The notes under the pieces were generated by a model, which worked only from the letters and a program-made list of their open reading frames with translations, did not search any database and was not told the origin of the DNA. From Trichodelitschia bisporula (lineage: Eukaryota), in NCBI GenBank assembly GCA_010356995.1, contig ML996692.1, positions 1,065,933-1,129,932 on the forward strand: DNA of 64,000 bases, given 5' to 3'. Below are positions 15,726 to 28,453 of this stretch, piece by piece. Position 1 is the first letter of the stretch. The number at the start of each line of letters is the position of its first letter. Made by a program: the position numbers and the translations under genes.

Positions 15726-18700
15726 ATGGTTCTCATCTGTCCCTTCGATACCACGTTCGGTCCTGCGGTGGGATCGTGTTGTGGTGGCTTTGACTTTACC
15801 TTGATATTTGAGGAGAGCATCTTGGGATTAGGCCCACAAGCTCTTTTGCTGATTCTTGCTCCAATTCGCGTGTTGACCCTTCGCAGACGGAGGAGAAAAC
15901 TGATTGAAAGTTCTCATCTTGGGTTTCTGAAGGCCTTCATATCCCTGGTGTACCTTTTGTCCAATGTCCTCCTTTTGGTACTATGGAGCCGACTCGCAGG
16001 CTTCAAAACCTCCGTGTCTCTGGCTTCCGAGACGATGGAATTGATGGCATCCATGGCTATTATGACCCTGTCCCGGCTGGAGCATACTAGAGCCGCCAGA
16101 CCTAGCCACCTGCTGCAGTTCTTCCTCGTGCTGCTCCTTTGCGATGCAGTTCGGCTGCGGACTCTGTTCTTGATGCATTTCTCTACCGGACTCGTCGTTT
16201 CGGCTTCGCTGCACACGTTCCTTACTGCTTTCATGCTCCTGCTTGAGTCGCTGGAAAAGAAATCACTTATGCCTGTGGATCCCAATGCGCGGACCTCGCC
16301 GGAGCAGACAATCGGACTGTTCAGTTAGAAGTTCTTTCTACACCTAAATGGTATCTTCTCTGCAGGTGAGCATCACAGGCCGAATCAACGAGTGCATGAT
16401 GACTGACTTCGGTGGTAGGCTACAAGAAGGTGTTAAAGCCGCAGGACCCCCACAACATAGACAAGGAGCTGTCGTCCGTTGAACTCCGCTTGGAGTTTGA
16501 ACGGGCATGGACATGATACCCCGACAAATCGTCCAAGTGGGCCATCTATCGCGTCATCTTCCAGGTCATGAAGGTGGATATCCTGGTCCCCATCATTCCT
16601 AAGCTCGTCTATTCAGCCACAAATCTTGCTCAGCCATTTCTCATCGGGGCGATGGTGAAGTTCATTGAGCGCACCCACAGTGATCCCTCGGTCAGTCCCA
16701 ATCAGGGTTATGGACTCATCGGCGCCTTCGCTCTTAACTACGGCTGTATGGCCGTTTTCAACGGCTGGTATCGGCAGAGCCTCTCCCGATTCTCCACCAA
16801 GCTCCGGAGTGTCCTGGTCGCTCTCATATATCAGCGGACTATCCGGATTCATTCCAAGGATGCCGACCTCGGGTCCGCGACCGTTTTGATGAATGCGGAC
16901 ATCGAAAAAGTCATGCAAGGCACCACTCTACTCCATGAATTCTGGATCTTGCTCATCAATACCGCCATTGCTCTGTACATCTTGTACACTCAGCTCGGGA
17001 TACCGTTTGTGGCGCCGTTGATGGTCTCGGTTTCCTCCATTGTCGCATGCTCCTATATTGGGAAGCAGATAAAGCCTCGACAGGCTGCGTGGGCGGCGGC
17101 AATGGAGAAGAGAGTCGTGGCAATATCCTATGCCGTGGAGGATATCAAGGGAATTAGACTACTCGGGCTCAGTGCGACGGTTCGAGAGGCGTTGAATCAA
17201 ATGAGGGCACTAGAGATTCTTGCGAGGAAGTGAGTTCATCAACCCCCGAGCAGATATCGTTGACCAACATTCTACAGGCGCCAATTTGATATCCAGATAA
17301 TTTTGCTATGGATTTGTATGTTTGATTCCCCGATCCACCTAATCACAGCCCGACCCTCGAGGTGAGCTAACATGATGTACGATTAGCAAATTCGACCTCT
17401 CAACTAGCCGCCCTCTTCACCTACCCGATTTTTGTCGGCATAACCCTAGTCAGTAACACGCGACATTTGAGCTTGCCTCTTCTCTTCTCCTCGCTCTCAG
17501 CGACAAAGCTAGTTACAGGACCTCTCATGCCAGCCTTGCAAATGATTATCGCCTTTGCCAACGCCATGTCCTCCATCGAGCGCATCCAGACCTACCTCCT
17601 CAAAGACTCCGCGGGCCACGAACTAGCGCCAGAAGTCGACGACACCAGTTTCAGAGACTCTCCCAGCGCTACAGAACTAAGAGAACTCCAAGCTCCGCAC
17701 AGAAAAGGCACCACAGTAGCGCACTATTCCAACGCCAGCTTCGGCCTCGAGCCAAGCTCACCCATCCTCCACGGCCTCAACTTCACCATCCGCCCCGGCA
17801 CCCTGACCATGATCGTCGGCAAAATCGGCTCCGGCAAATCGCTCCTTCTGCGCTCCCTCGTCGGCGAGATGTGGCTCACGTCCGGCGTCGCCACCTTCCC
17901 ATCCGCGGGTGTCGGGTTCTGCGCGCAGACGCCGTGGCTGCGCAACACCAGTGTCCGCGAAAATATCCTCGGGGAGGACGAATTTGACGATGAGTGGTAC
18001 GGCGCCGTGACACGCGCTTGCATGCTGGGCAAAGATTTTGAGGAGCTGCCTAAGGGCGATGAGACGCTGATTGGATCGAAGGGGATTTCCCTGAGTGGCG
18101 GGCAAAAGGGGCGGATTGCCCTTGCCAGGGCGGTGTACGCGAGGAAGCCGACGCTCGTGGTGGATGATGTGCTCAGTGGATTAGATAATACGACTGAGAC
18201 GCATGTGTGGAGGTGTGTCTTTGGGAACGACGGCCTGCTTAGGAAGGCGGTGACGACGGTTGTGCTGGCGACACATGCGGGCCATTGGGCGAGGGAGGCG
18301 GATGAGGTAGTTGTTATGGATGGATTGACGGTGGTTCAGTCGGGCCCTTACGACAGCATTGCGTCGATGGAAGAGTTCTGTATCCGGGAAGCGACAAGCA
18401 TACGGAAGTGGAGGCGGAAGATGACAAGTCGCCAGCGGCATCAACTGCGAAGAGGTCGGAAGAGTCAGCCGATGACGAGGCAGAAGATGACACGAGGCGT
18501 TCAGGGGATGCACGTTCACTTACGTTCTGGCTCTCTAGCGTTGGCTGGACGCATGTTGCGGTCAATATCCTTTTGGTGCTTCTTGCAAATGGCCTGACGA
18601 CTTTTCAATGTGAGTCGATGCCTTTTTCAGAACTTGGTTTCATCCGGCTAACATTTGTTAGATATCTGGCTCAAGCATTGGGCCGAGTCGGTTGGACGCG

Positions 18701-20493
18701 CAGCCATCATTTGTAATATGGTAGCCTTCATCGCCATCACTATTATCAATCTCATTGCCATACACCTTTGGTTCTTGTAAGATTCCATCTACTTGCCATG
18801 CTGTAGACTGACCTCTAGGCAATTCGGGTACATGTTCATGCTACGCGGTGGCGCGTCACTCCACGGAAGGCAGCTGAATGCCCTGATGAAGTACGAATGC
18901 CGCCCCTTCATCATCGCTTACATGACACTGACATCTCCGCAGAGCGAGCTTCTCTTTCTTCGTAGCCACGGATATCGGGAGCATCAACAATCGATTCTCG
19001 AGCGACATCACTCTCGTGGACATCATGTTGAACTCTGGGTGGATCAATACCAGCTGCGGTAAGTACGAACTATCGCTGCCCCTTACCGTAGCGAGATTTT
19101 GACTGACCTTCTCCCAGAACTGTACCTAGCCCTTGCGGGAACCGGCCTCATCGTCGCCGCAGCCCCTATCGTTGCTGCCCTTGTCACCTTCATGCTTGCT
19201 GCATGCTGGGCCATAGAGCACGTCTACCTGCGCACCTCGCGGCAATGCGGTTGATGGACATCGAATCCAAAGCACCGCTCTGCACGCACTTCCTCGAGAC
19301 CCTGTCCGGGATAATGACCATTCGTGCCTTCGGCTGGACCTCGCGCTACACGCAACAGAATGCCGCCCTCCTCGATGCCTCACAAGTCCCCTTCTACCTC
19401 CTCTCCGCAATCCAGAACTGGCTCCTCTTCGTGCTCGAACTCCTCGTAGCGGGGCTCATCATCGCAATGGTCGGTCTCTCTGTCGGTTTTCGCCACTCCT
19501 CCAGCCCAGGTTACCCCAGCCTCGCACTCGACGGTGCCGTGGACCTCAGTTGGAGTATCACGTACGTCGTCATCAGCTGGACGCAGCTGGAGACCTGTCT
19601 GAGTGCTGTATCACGCATCCGGCGTTTCGTACGCACGACGCCCACGGAGGAGGACGAAGGCCGCGCCGCGATTGCCCTGGGTCCGGATCCATGGCCCAAG
19701 CCGGGTACAGTGTGCTTCACCGATTTCTCAGCGGCGTACACTCCAGATGGAGATGCGGTCCTGCGGAGCGTGAGCCTGGATATCAAAGCTGGAGAGAAGG
19801 TGGGTATTTGCGGCCGGACGGGGAGTGAAAAGTCCTCGCTAGTCGCGACGCTGTTCGGCTTGTTGTACCCGCTGAGCGGAGAGTTGAGCGTGCATGGCCG
19901 GCTGGCGGAGGGGGTGCCGAAGGAAGCGCTGCGACAATCCATTGTGGCCGTGCCTCAGGAGCCGTTTTTTTTGCGGGATCGGAGTGTGAGGGCCAATCTG
20001 ACGCCGAGGGATGGTAGTGACGGTGCTGAGAAGCTGAAGGAAGCGCTGGAGGAGGTGGGATTGTGGGCGAGGCTGAAGGAGATGGCGGGCCAGGACGACC
20101 CGCTGGAGCTGCCGATGGCCGAGGTCGAGGGGAAGCTGAGTCAGGGGGAGAAGCAGCTGGTTTGCTTTGCGAGAGCGATGGTCACGGAGGGTAGTATTGT
20201 TGTTTTGGATGAGGCGACGAGCAGGTATGTGGACATGCTACTTCAGTATCGATGGGTGATGCTAATACACCCGCAGCGTGGACGCCGCCACAGAAGCCCT
20301 TATGCAAAAGCTCCTCCGCAAAGCATTCGTGGATAGGACCGTCATTGCGATTGCGCATCGCATGAACAAGATTCTCGATTTCGACCGTGTGGTCGTTATG
20401 AAGGAGGGCCGGGTTGCTGAGGTTGGCCCGCCGACGAAGTTGCTCGAGACTGAGGGAGGTCTGTTCCGTGAGTTAGTTGGGACGAAGGAATGA
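15726..20493 (+). pseudogene. Disrupted ABCC/MRP-type ABC transporter
   Basis: TMD0 (FDFTLIFEESIL), NBD1 GKIGSGKS/LSGGQ, NBD2 GRTGSEKS/LSQGEKQ/LDEATS. In-frame stops at 16326-16328 and 16514-16516, frameshifts near 18390 and 19245, Walker A G>E change in NBD2. Confidence 0.85.
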
Positions 20494-21439
20494 GGTATGA
20501 GGGATGCGGTATGATGTAATGAGGCTTTTGCAACGGATATGGCGAGAAATCTAGTTCATCAGGGAGATAATGATCATGTGTATGGGGTGTAACTTGCGCT
20601 GGACGGTGCCTTCCTCATGTCGTTGCTGAGTGACGTAGCCTCGACGCAACCTAGGAGCACTTTGCTTTGACTTCATCGTCTCTAAATTTCAACATCGTGT
20701 CTTTCATACATCCCATCATCACTTGAAGCTTTATCCTTCTGCATTCGGCTTGAAAAGAAATCCATTATCGTAGCTTTTGCGTTCGTAAGTCTATATTTCC
20801 TAAAGCTTAAGCACTAACGGGCCCTCAAACAGTTACGCATGCTCGCAAGCGCCTCTCGAATGCATCCCGGAGAACTGCCTCGCTTTTGAAACGGCATACG
20901 GCGCCTATGCATTAGAACTGTATGCGCCAACAACACTCCTCACCGCGCAACAAGAAGGGTATCATAGCCGCCCAAAGACCCAGAAATGACCAAGAAATAC
21001 AACTAAAGGAACCACCACACAGCCGCTCTCGTCCATGGATACGCTGAAAACGCCTCAAAATGGGTACCGTGCAGACACGAATATGCTTGCTGTGGCCGGC
21101 TGATTCTTAGGTGGGGAGGGTAGGGGAGCCGTCGAAAGAATAGGGAAATGCCACACCACGCCTCGCTCGCGCGAGAAAAGCCTCCGGAATCTTCTGGACG
21201 GGATGGCCGTCTCTGAGACAGGTAGCTCGAGTAACGCTTGTAAGAAACGAAAACGCCGCCCAGCCGTCGATTTAAGTCCATCAACGGTGGCTAAAGACTG
21301 GACTTCCACCGTCGTATTTCCTTCGCCGACACGCCAAACTCGACCAGAAGGCTGAAACGAGAAACCCACCCAGAACCTATCGTCGCTTTCCCAACCCCAA
21401 AAAGGTGAACACGGGCAGATCGAGCTGTCTTTCAAGCTC

Positions 21440-23491
21440 CTATTCCTGCCACATGGCAGCCGCCTGCGCACGGTAGTCCTGATTGCGGTAGTACCCTTGC
21501 AACGAACTCAGGTCGCTCCACACCGAACTCTGAGTCTCGCGGGCCTGGCTCGCGAACTCCGCGCTCTTGCGCCGGGCAACCGCATGGCGCTGCTCATTGA
21601 GGTACTTGGCGATACGCTTCATGCTAGGCCGCTGCGCCTGGTCCGGATTCATCATCGCCTTGGTGACCTCCAGGATGCGCTTGCTGCCGGAAACCAGGCG
21701 CTCCCGACGCTGGGCTGATGTCGACACCTTGACTGCCTTTAAGCGCTCAATGTAGTCGAATACTCGCACCATGTTGGCGTGGAAACTCGCGTCGTGTGAT
21801 ACCGCCGACCGATACTCGCGCAGTTCGCTCACACTGCGTCCCTTGGCTACAGTGATCATCTCCAGGAAACAGGCTCCGAGCGAGAACACGTCCGCTGGCG
21901 GCTTGATGTCGCGCCGCGTGACAACCTCCGGGGCGGCATAGACATAGCTCGGCTCGGCAGAGTAAGCTGCGTAAAGCTGAGCATAGGAGCTGCGTGCCGG
22001 GGGCGAAACGCCAAAAACAGAGAAGTAAACCCGATCGTTGGAACTGTCGATCAGAATCTTCTGCGGCCGGATGTTCCTGTGCTCCACGTTTTTGGAGTGC
22101 AGGTACGCCAGCGCGCCGGACAGATCGTGAACCCATCCGAGCAGCACTTCCGACTGACTGAAGCCGGAAATGGTCTCCAGGTAATCCTCGAGGTTAGAGT
22201 GCGCCCACTCCGTCACAAACCCCACGACCTGGCCCTGCGCATAGGACGACACAATCTTCGCAACGTGCGCGTGGTCGAGTTTGTTGTAGGAGCGTATCAG
22301 GCCGAGAATGGCCTCCTTGTCCTGCGGCCGGTTGACATTAACCTCCAGCCGCTTGCGCACGTACACCTTCCCGTCCGAGCTGTCCCGGTAGCGAACCTTG
22401 GAAAGCGTCTTTGTGGGAGAAGTTTGTGGGCACAGATAGCCGAACTCCTTGAGCGGCACCGTATTCTGAGTCTGAAACTCGACATGCTGACCGTTGCGGG
22501 GAAGCTGGCGCATAGCAACCTGCCATTGCAGCTCGACGACGCGGGCGGGATTCGTAGCGATACCGCGCAAATCAACCTCCTCATACGGCAACATGCTGTC
22601 CCTGAGCTGGTAGAAATGGGCTTTACGCCACGCGGCGAGATCATCGCACATCCACAGCAGCAGCGCCGTCTTCGGGTGCTGGATGGCCCACTGGTACACC
22701 ATGTTTGCGTTCGGCCCTTTCCATCCGAACCGCGTGAAGATCTTCGGCATCAACTTCATCACCCGTGCATGCAGTTCGGCCGTGATTGGCTGCACCGGCA
22801 ACTTGTCCTCATCACTTTCGCGCTCGCGCTCGCGTTCCCGCTGCTGCTCCCGTTCACGCTCCCTATCTCGTGACGAGCTGTACAATACCGAGGCCGAAAC
22901 CTGGTGAGCGACGGGGGCGGGGGTCGGGGCCGGAGCGGGGGTAGGTGCCGAGGGCGGCACAGCATGGCCAAAGATGACGGAGGGCGTGGAGCGGATGGAA
23001 TTGAACTGCAGCTGGGCCGAGTCCGGGTCCATGAAGACGGGGCGGAGAGGCTGCGGAGCGATTGGGGTGGAAGAGCGGCTGCTGGACTCGGGACTGTGGG
23101 AGTCGGGACTGCTGCGGGGAGAGATTGGCGGGCTAGGGCGGTTGATCGCACTGGCCCAGGGGTTTGTAGGCGTGGTTCGGCCATTGAAGCTGGGAAGCGT
23201 AAAGGTTATGGGAGGTGAGACGGGTTTGGGAGTAGGCGTGCGGGTGCCGGAGGAGAAGGCGGGCGGGGAGGCGGTTGGTGTAAGGACGCCGCTGGCGGCG
23301 GAGGAGGAGGACGAGGATGAGGCACTGGGCGAGGAGGGCGACTTCATCCACGGCCAAGGACTTTGATCGTGGAGATCAGCCATCGACATGTGGTGCACGA
23401 GGTACGGGTGTTTTGGCGGTGAGTTGCCGGTGCGGGCTGCGGTCGGCCAGCGCCATTGTGAGGACGTCTGCATATTTTGGCGGTGGTCCAT
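21440..23491 (-). CDS. Protein-kinase-fold protein with long Pro/Ser-rich N-terminus; predicted pseudokinase
   Basis: Intronless ORF (684 codons from first ATG) with kinase subdomains YVRK, ALAYLH, YAAPE, ADVFSLG, RPS; catalytic loop reads HRNIRPQK and the DFG position reads VFG. Confidence 0.8.
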   Translation of the reverse strand: MDHRQNMQTSSQWRWPTAARTGNSPPKHPYLVHHMSMADLHDQSPWPWMKSPSSPSASSSSSSSAASGVLTPTASPPAFSSGTRTPTPKPVSPPITFTLPSFNGRTTPTNPWASAINRPSPPISPRSSPDSHSPESSSRSSTPIAPQPLRPVFMDPDSAQLQFNSIRSTPSVIFGHAVPPSAPTPAPAPTPAPVAHQVSASVLYSSSRDREREREQQRERERERESDEDKLPVQPITAELHARVMKLMPKIFTRFGWKGPNANMVYQWAIQHPKTALLLWMCDDLAAWRKAHFYQLRDSMLPYEEVDLRGIATNPARVVELQWQVAMRQLPRNGQHVEFQTQNTVPLKEFGYLCPQTSPTKTLSKVRYRDSSDGKVYVRKRLEVNVNRPQDKEAILGLIRSYNKLDHAHVAKIVSSYAQGQVVGFVTEWAHSNLEDYLETISGFSQSEVLLGWVHDLSGALAYLHSKNVEHRNIRPQKILIDSSNDRVYFSVFGVSPPARSSYAQLYAAYSAEPSYVYAAPEVVTRRDIKPPADVFSLGACFLEMITVAKGRSVSELREYRSAVSHDASFHANMVRVFDYIERLKAVKVSTSAQRRERLVSGSKRILEVTKAMMNPDQAQRPSMKRIAKYLNEQRHAVARRKSAEFASQARETQSSVWSDLSSLQGYYRNQDYRAQAAAMWQE

Positions 23492-26400
23492 GCCAGAAAG
23501 AAGGTTGGAGTACAGCTTCTTCTTGACTTTGGGACTCGATGAGGAAAGAGGAGGTGGTGAGGGTAAAAAGTGTCTCAAACGGAATAGGAAAAAAGAGGTC
23601 GAAGTAACCGGGGATTCAAGACGTCTTTTGGGAGGCTGACATCCCCCCGCGGCTTGTGGCGACCTACAGCGTAGGAGACGACAGAAAGGGTAACAGATCT
23701 GAAAGGGGAGCTGGCGTACAAAAAGAGAACTGGGATCGCCAGCAAGGCTTCAAGAGACTAGGATCAAGAGGCGGGGGAGGGGGGAGGGGGGAGGGGGGGG
23801 GGAGGGGCTTCAACAGCAAAGAGGAGAGCAACCGAGAAATATTGACAGCTGTTGGGAGTTGAGCCGGGGCGGGAGGGGTGACAGCAAGTCGATGTGTGAC
23901 GACTCTGGCGGGCAACAAAAATCCTGGAGCACAGCGGAAGGGCGGGCAGAGCTGTCGAAAGACCAAAGGAAAACGGAACGTCGCAGACGAGTTAGTTGCG
24001 CGGGGCCTCTGCGTCCTTTGCGCCTCTGATGCGTTGGCACCCAACGTGCATGGCGCGCCCCGTTCAAAGCTGCTGGTGAGGAGCGCTTTTGCCTATCAGC
24101 AATAGGCCAGTTCTGCACCCGCGAGTACATTGTCAAGGGGAGCTGACGAGTGCGAGAGTTTCGCCGTCAGGGCCGAGGGGACTAAGGCGATGCAGGGCCA
24201 TGTGTCTCCAGCGTACTCGACTGAGACGGTCTCTTTTGCCGGCCGGGGCTTGCCTCAGCACTGGAAGTCCTGCGAAGTAGTATGCGATTATGTGAGGAGC
24301 AGCGGGTACTACAGGAGAACACAAATGCGCGGGTCATGATTCAATGAGGTAAGAGATGGACTGGCCGTCGGCGCCTAGCCGTCTCGAATATATTGCAACC
24401 CAAGGACGAAAGGGGGACAACGAAGACGGGTACTTAGGAATTGAGATGCAAGAAGAGGAGATGCGAGGGAGGGATCAAGAGCATTGATGCCAGCAAAATG
24501 AGAATGGACATGGCAATCCCCGCCGGGTATCTCCAAAAGTTCCCCACGATTTTGTGCGACATCGGCTCCCAAACCCCGGCTTTATTTAACCTTGCGTTCG
24601 GCCCGCGCCGAAAGGCTAGGCGACGGTTTGTGGAAGAGATGGTGGTGGCTTTTGACCCCGAACCATGGGAGCCGCCAAACTGTAGTCAGGCTGCCCATGG
24701 CCAGTCGTCGAGACTCGCGCCATGACTCCGCTAGCGACCACAAACTACCGTAGCACTGTCCACAGCGATCCAACACGTGTGGTCAGGTCGTCCCGAGGGA
24801 CAAACGACGCCAACGGGGACTGGACTCCCGTTCCAGGTTGCTACGAATTACGGTACTATGGTACGGATTCCAGGGAGAAAGCAGCCTCTTACTCGCCCAT
24901 CTATGACTGGAAGCCCTTACCTTACCTCTCCAACTCGACGCTGAACCGCATCTGCACATCTCCCGTTCGGGTACATGTGGTACATACTCGTTTGGCCCAC
25001 GACAGCCGATGATAGCCACGGGGTACCATCCATTCGTATCTCCTTATCGTCCCCCGGCGGGACACGCAACATCCCCTTATCAAAACGCAGCCCAACCCAG
25101 CGGGTCACGGCTCCGTGCCCCCCTTTCCCGAAGCACACATCATCCTCCGCAAGCGCCGCCCGCGTCATCGCACGCGCCCTCAGCCTCGTGGCCGGGCCAA
25201 CCCGCACAGCATTGTGGCCTTCGCGCTGGCCCCGCGCCCGTCCAGCTGTTCACGCCGCCCCGGGCTCGGGCAGTGCCACAGCAAAACCTCCGAGCCCGAT
25301 CGTGGCTGCGGTTCTGCGCGGCTACACTGCCTCTGCGTCGACGGGAGAGTGCCAGGGCGGATGTGGATGCCGCGGGCGCCATGTCACGAGCGATATGAGC
25401 CCGCGAGAACAGGTGCTGCTTGGCGGGGCGCTGGTGCGGGGTCCGATGACTCTGTGGTCGCGAACGCTGGCGAGGGCGCTCGTTGCGGGGAACGGGCGAC
25501 GCGGAAACGAGTGACGGGCGGTTCACTCCCCGCAAAAGCTCTTGCGCCCTACGAACTTGCGCCCTCGGAAGCCGAGTTGAGCGTGAATCAGAGGCCTCGC
25601 GGAGAGCTGGCACCAGTTGGTGGTCTACTGATTGGGATTAGCTCAGTTGTGTTGATCGCTTCGAGGTTCGAGATGAGACGCCTTTCTTTAGATGCGTACT
25701 CATCGATGGTCTTGACATCGAGAGAGAGCATTGCTCTAAATACAGGCGTTTCATCTCGAACATCGAAGAAATCAAGACAACCGCGCCAATCCGGATCAGT
25801 AGACCTCATCTGACGTGTCGGGCTTCTGCTTCTTTGAAGATGGCTCGTTTTGAGCGCCTTTGTTTCTGGAGCCCTTCGACTCCTTGTCTCTTGGTTCGCG
25901 CTTGCGCTCCATGTACTCGTCTCGTTTCTCCGCGGCTTGGGAACCGACTACCATGACTTCAGAGCCTCGTACCTGTGTGGTAAGATTATCATCCCGCAAG
26001 AGTTCCAAGTGGCAGTCACTCTGACCGATGCCATCACCGCAGCCCTCAATAAGAAGCGACGCAAGCGTGCGGACAATGCTTCCACAAAGCACCTTGAGAA
26101 GAGAATGAACGTGGGGGGAGGCTGGGGCGTAATCATGGCCGTGAACGCTGTCGCGCTCGTCAGTGTGTGGGTGGCAAAGGGGATTTTCTGGAAACGAGGG
26201 CAATTGCCCAGTTTGGTGGGGGAAGTGGGTCCAGCGGAAAGGCCTTTTGCCTGGGGGGCATGAGGGCCAATGAGGGCCTCTCGCATACTAAAAGGCGATG
26301 TCAAGGTGGTTTCGGGGGGGGGTTGAGGCTGATGATTCGGCGAGGTGAGAGGGTGTTGGGTGCGGAGCGTGGCAGGTTGGCATTCGCTCCCCGGAGGTCG

Positions 26401-28453
26401 CGCGATCCGTCGTGGGCTACATAACGTCAGTTTTGCGAGCGGCTTCGGTCTCCCAAGCTGCATGACCATGACCGCTTTTACGAGGGCTTCAGGAGCTGGA
26501 GTCTGCTGTTCCGGTTTCTGCCGACGAGGCAGCTTACGACGGCGTGGAGGACGAAACGGATGCGAGGGAGAGACATGTAAGCACCGCAAACGGCCGATGC
26601 GACATAAGAGGCAGGTCAGACCTATGGAGGAGGGTGCAAAAGCAACGAAGCTCTTCGCCCTCTGGTCAGATCCACTGGGCCTATGCCGCGTGGCCGCAGA
26701 TCGCATGCACGCCTTAAGGCAGGGAATCGGGCGTCGAGACGCGCGTTGGGTAGCTGTGGAGTTAAGGGGTGATGATGGTGTAGACTCCCGAGATAGCACA
26801 CGATGCGGTTATCGTGTTGTGGCTCTATTGATCCTGCGGGGCAGATGCCCAAGAAGACGATCCGGGGTTGAGTTTTGAGCAACTTTGGGTTGCAACTCGG
26901 GAGTGAGGGGATGAGGTGTCGATGCGGGAGCCGTTGGTGGAGGCTGGTCCGGTGGCTAAGTACTTTTTGTGACTGAAGTCTGGACCGAGGGGACGGAGTG
27001 AGGCTGAGATCGACGGATGGGGCACGGAAGGGCCCGTGAAGGTGGCACAGTCCAGATGGAGGGGCACAGCACGGAGAGTCATGACGGACATGGACGAGGT
27101 GAGGAGATGAGAATTGCTGGCTTGTGGGGTTTGGTGAGTTCACAGGATGCTCTGACTTTCGCCCAACGGACTGTTCACACTCTGGTATCACAACAGCCAC
27201 AACACGGAACGAAAACAACAAACTTTCAAGGACATCTCGGATGTCTCTAAGGACCGCGCTACGATGCGCCCCAACTGACGACACGTCATTGGCAAATAAG
27301 CAAACTGGAGCCGGGTAGCAGCAAAGAGCATGAACGCGGCTACTTCAATCTCGTTCTTTTATTACTGATGGCGGGCCAGGAGTTGGCCGGCCGTAATGAT
27401 TTCCGGCATGGTGGAGCTTCCGGGGGGGATCTCAGGCTTGGGATGATCATACCATGGATGATGGGGAGCGACCATGACGGCGTGGACGGATAGGCTTGCA
27501 TCATATCGATTACCTTCGCTTCCCTGGTCTTGATCCTCACATTCTCAAGAAGATTTCGGGACATCTTCTCTCTCTCTCTCTCTCTCTCTCAATAGGACAG
27601 GATCAGCTCGACTGGACAAGGAGCAACGCGGCTGAAACAAGGACGCAGGAACTCTTCACGTCTGCGATACGCCGCGTCTGACTGGCTCGGTCCGTAACCG
27701 CGACCGGGGTTACCGGCTTTCCCAGGCGCTCTCCGTAACGGCCAAGGAGGCGCCCCCCCGTTGCGAAATCTGTCGGCCTCCTACGCAGAGTCCAACGAAA
27801 AGCCTCGCACTGGTGCATCCCACGCAACGCAACACACGCTGAGCAGGACCTGTTGTTTCCCACTCTCAGACATGCAGACAAAACGGAGCAGTCTCATAAG
27901 TGCCGTCTCCGGCGCCTGGCCTTGACCTCCCCTTGGAATGGGAGACTTTTGGTGAAAACGAGCCGCGTCTCGGTGTCTGGCCAATTGGAGTGCCCGCTCG
28001 CTCTTTTTCGGCCTTCTCCAGGCCTTCTTCCCCTGACCTGGCGAGGCTTGCGTTATCACCAGTCCTGAGAGGCTGATACGGGCCCGGCGCACATCCCGTC
28101 GCACGCCTGCCATCGCCCACCACAGAAAGCCTCAACCGGCCGCCGGCCGCAATGCACAGCCAGTGGAGCACGCGGGTTGGGTTCCAGGCTTGCATGCGCC
28201 ACGGATCTTTGGTCCAGGGGCTTGCAGTTGCAGTGTCTTTCCATGCTGACGCTCCCTTTACACCCATCTCCTGCCTCTTGTTCCTCAACACCAACATCTT
28301 CACTCTTTCAACATCACCACCACCACCACCACCCACCTTCCTTTCTTCGGTGCAAGCGCTGCTGCGCAGCTAATGTCTGGACATTCCCTTGCCACCTGCT
28401 CACCGTCCGCCCGGCAACGGTAGCACACCCATCGCATCGCAGCGCGATCCAAA

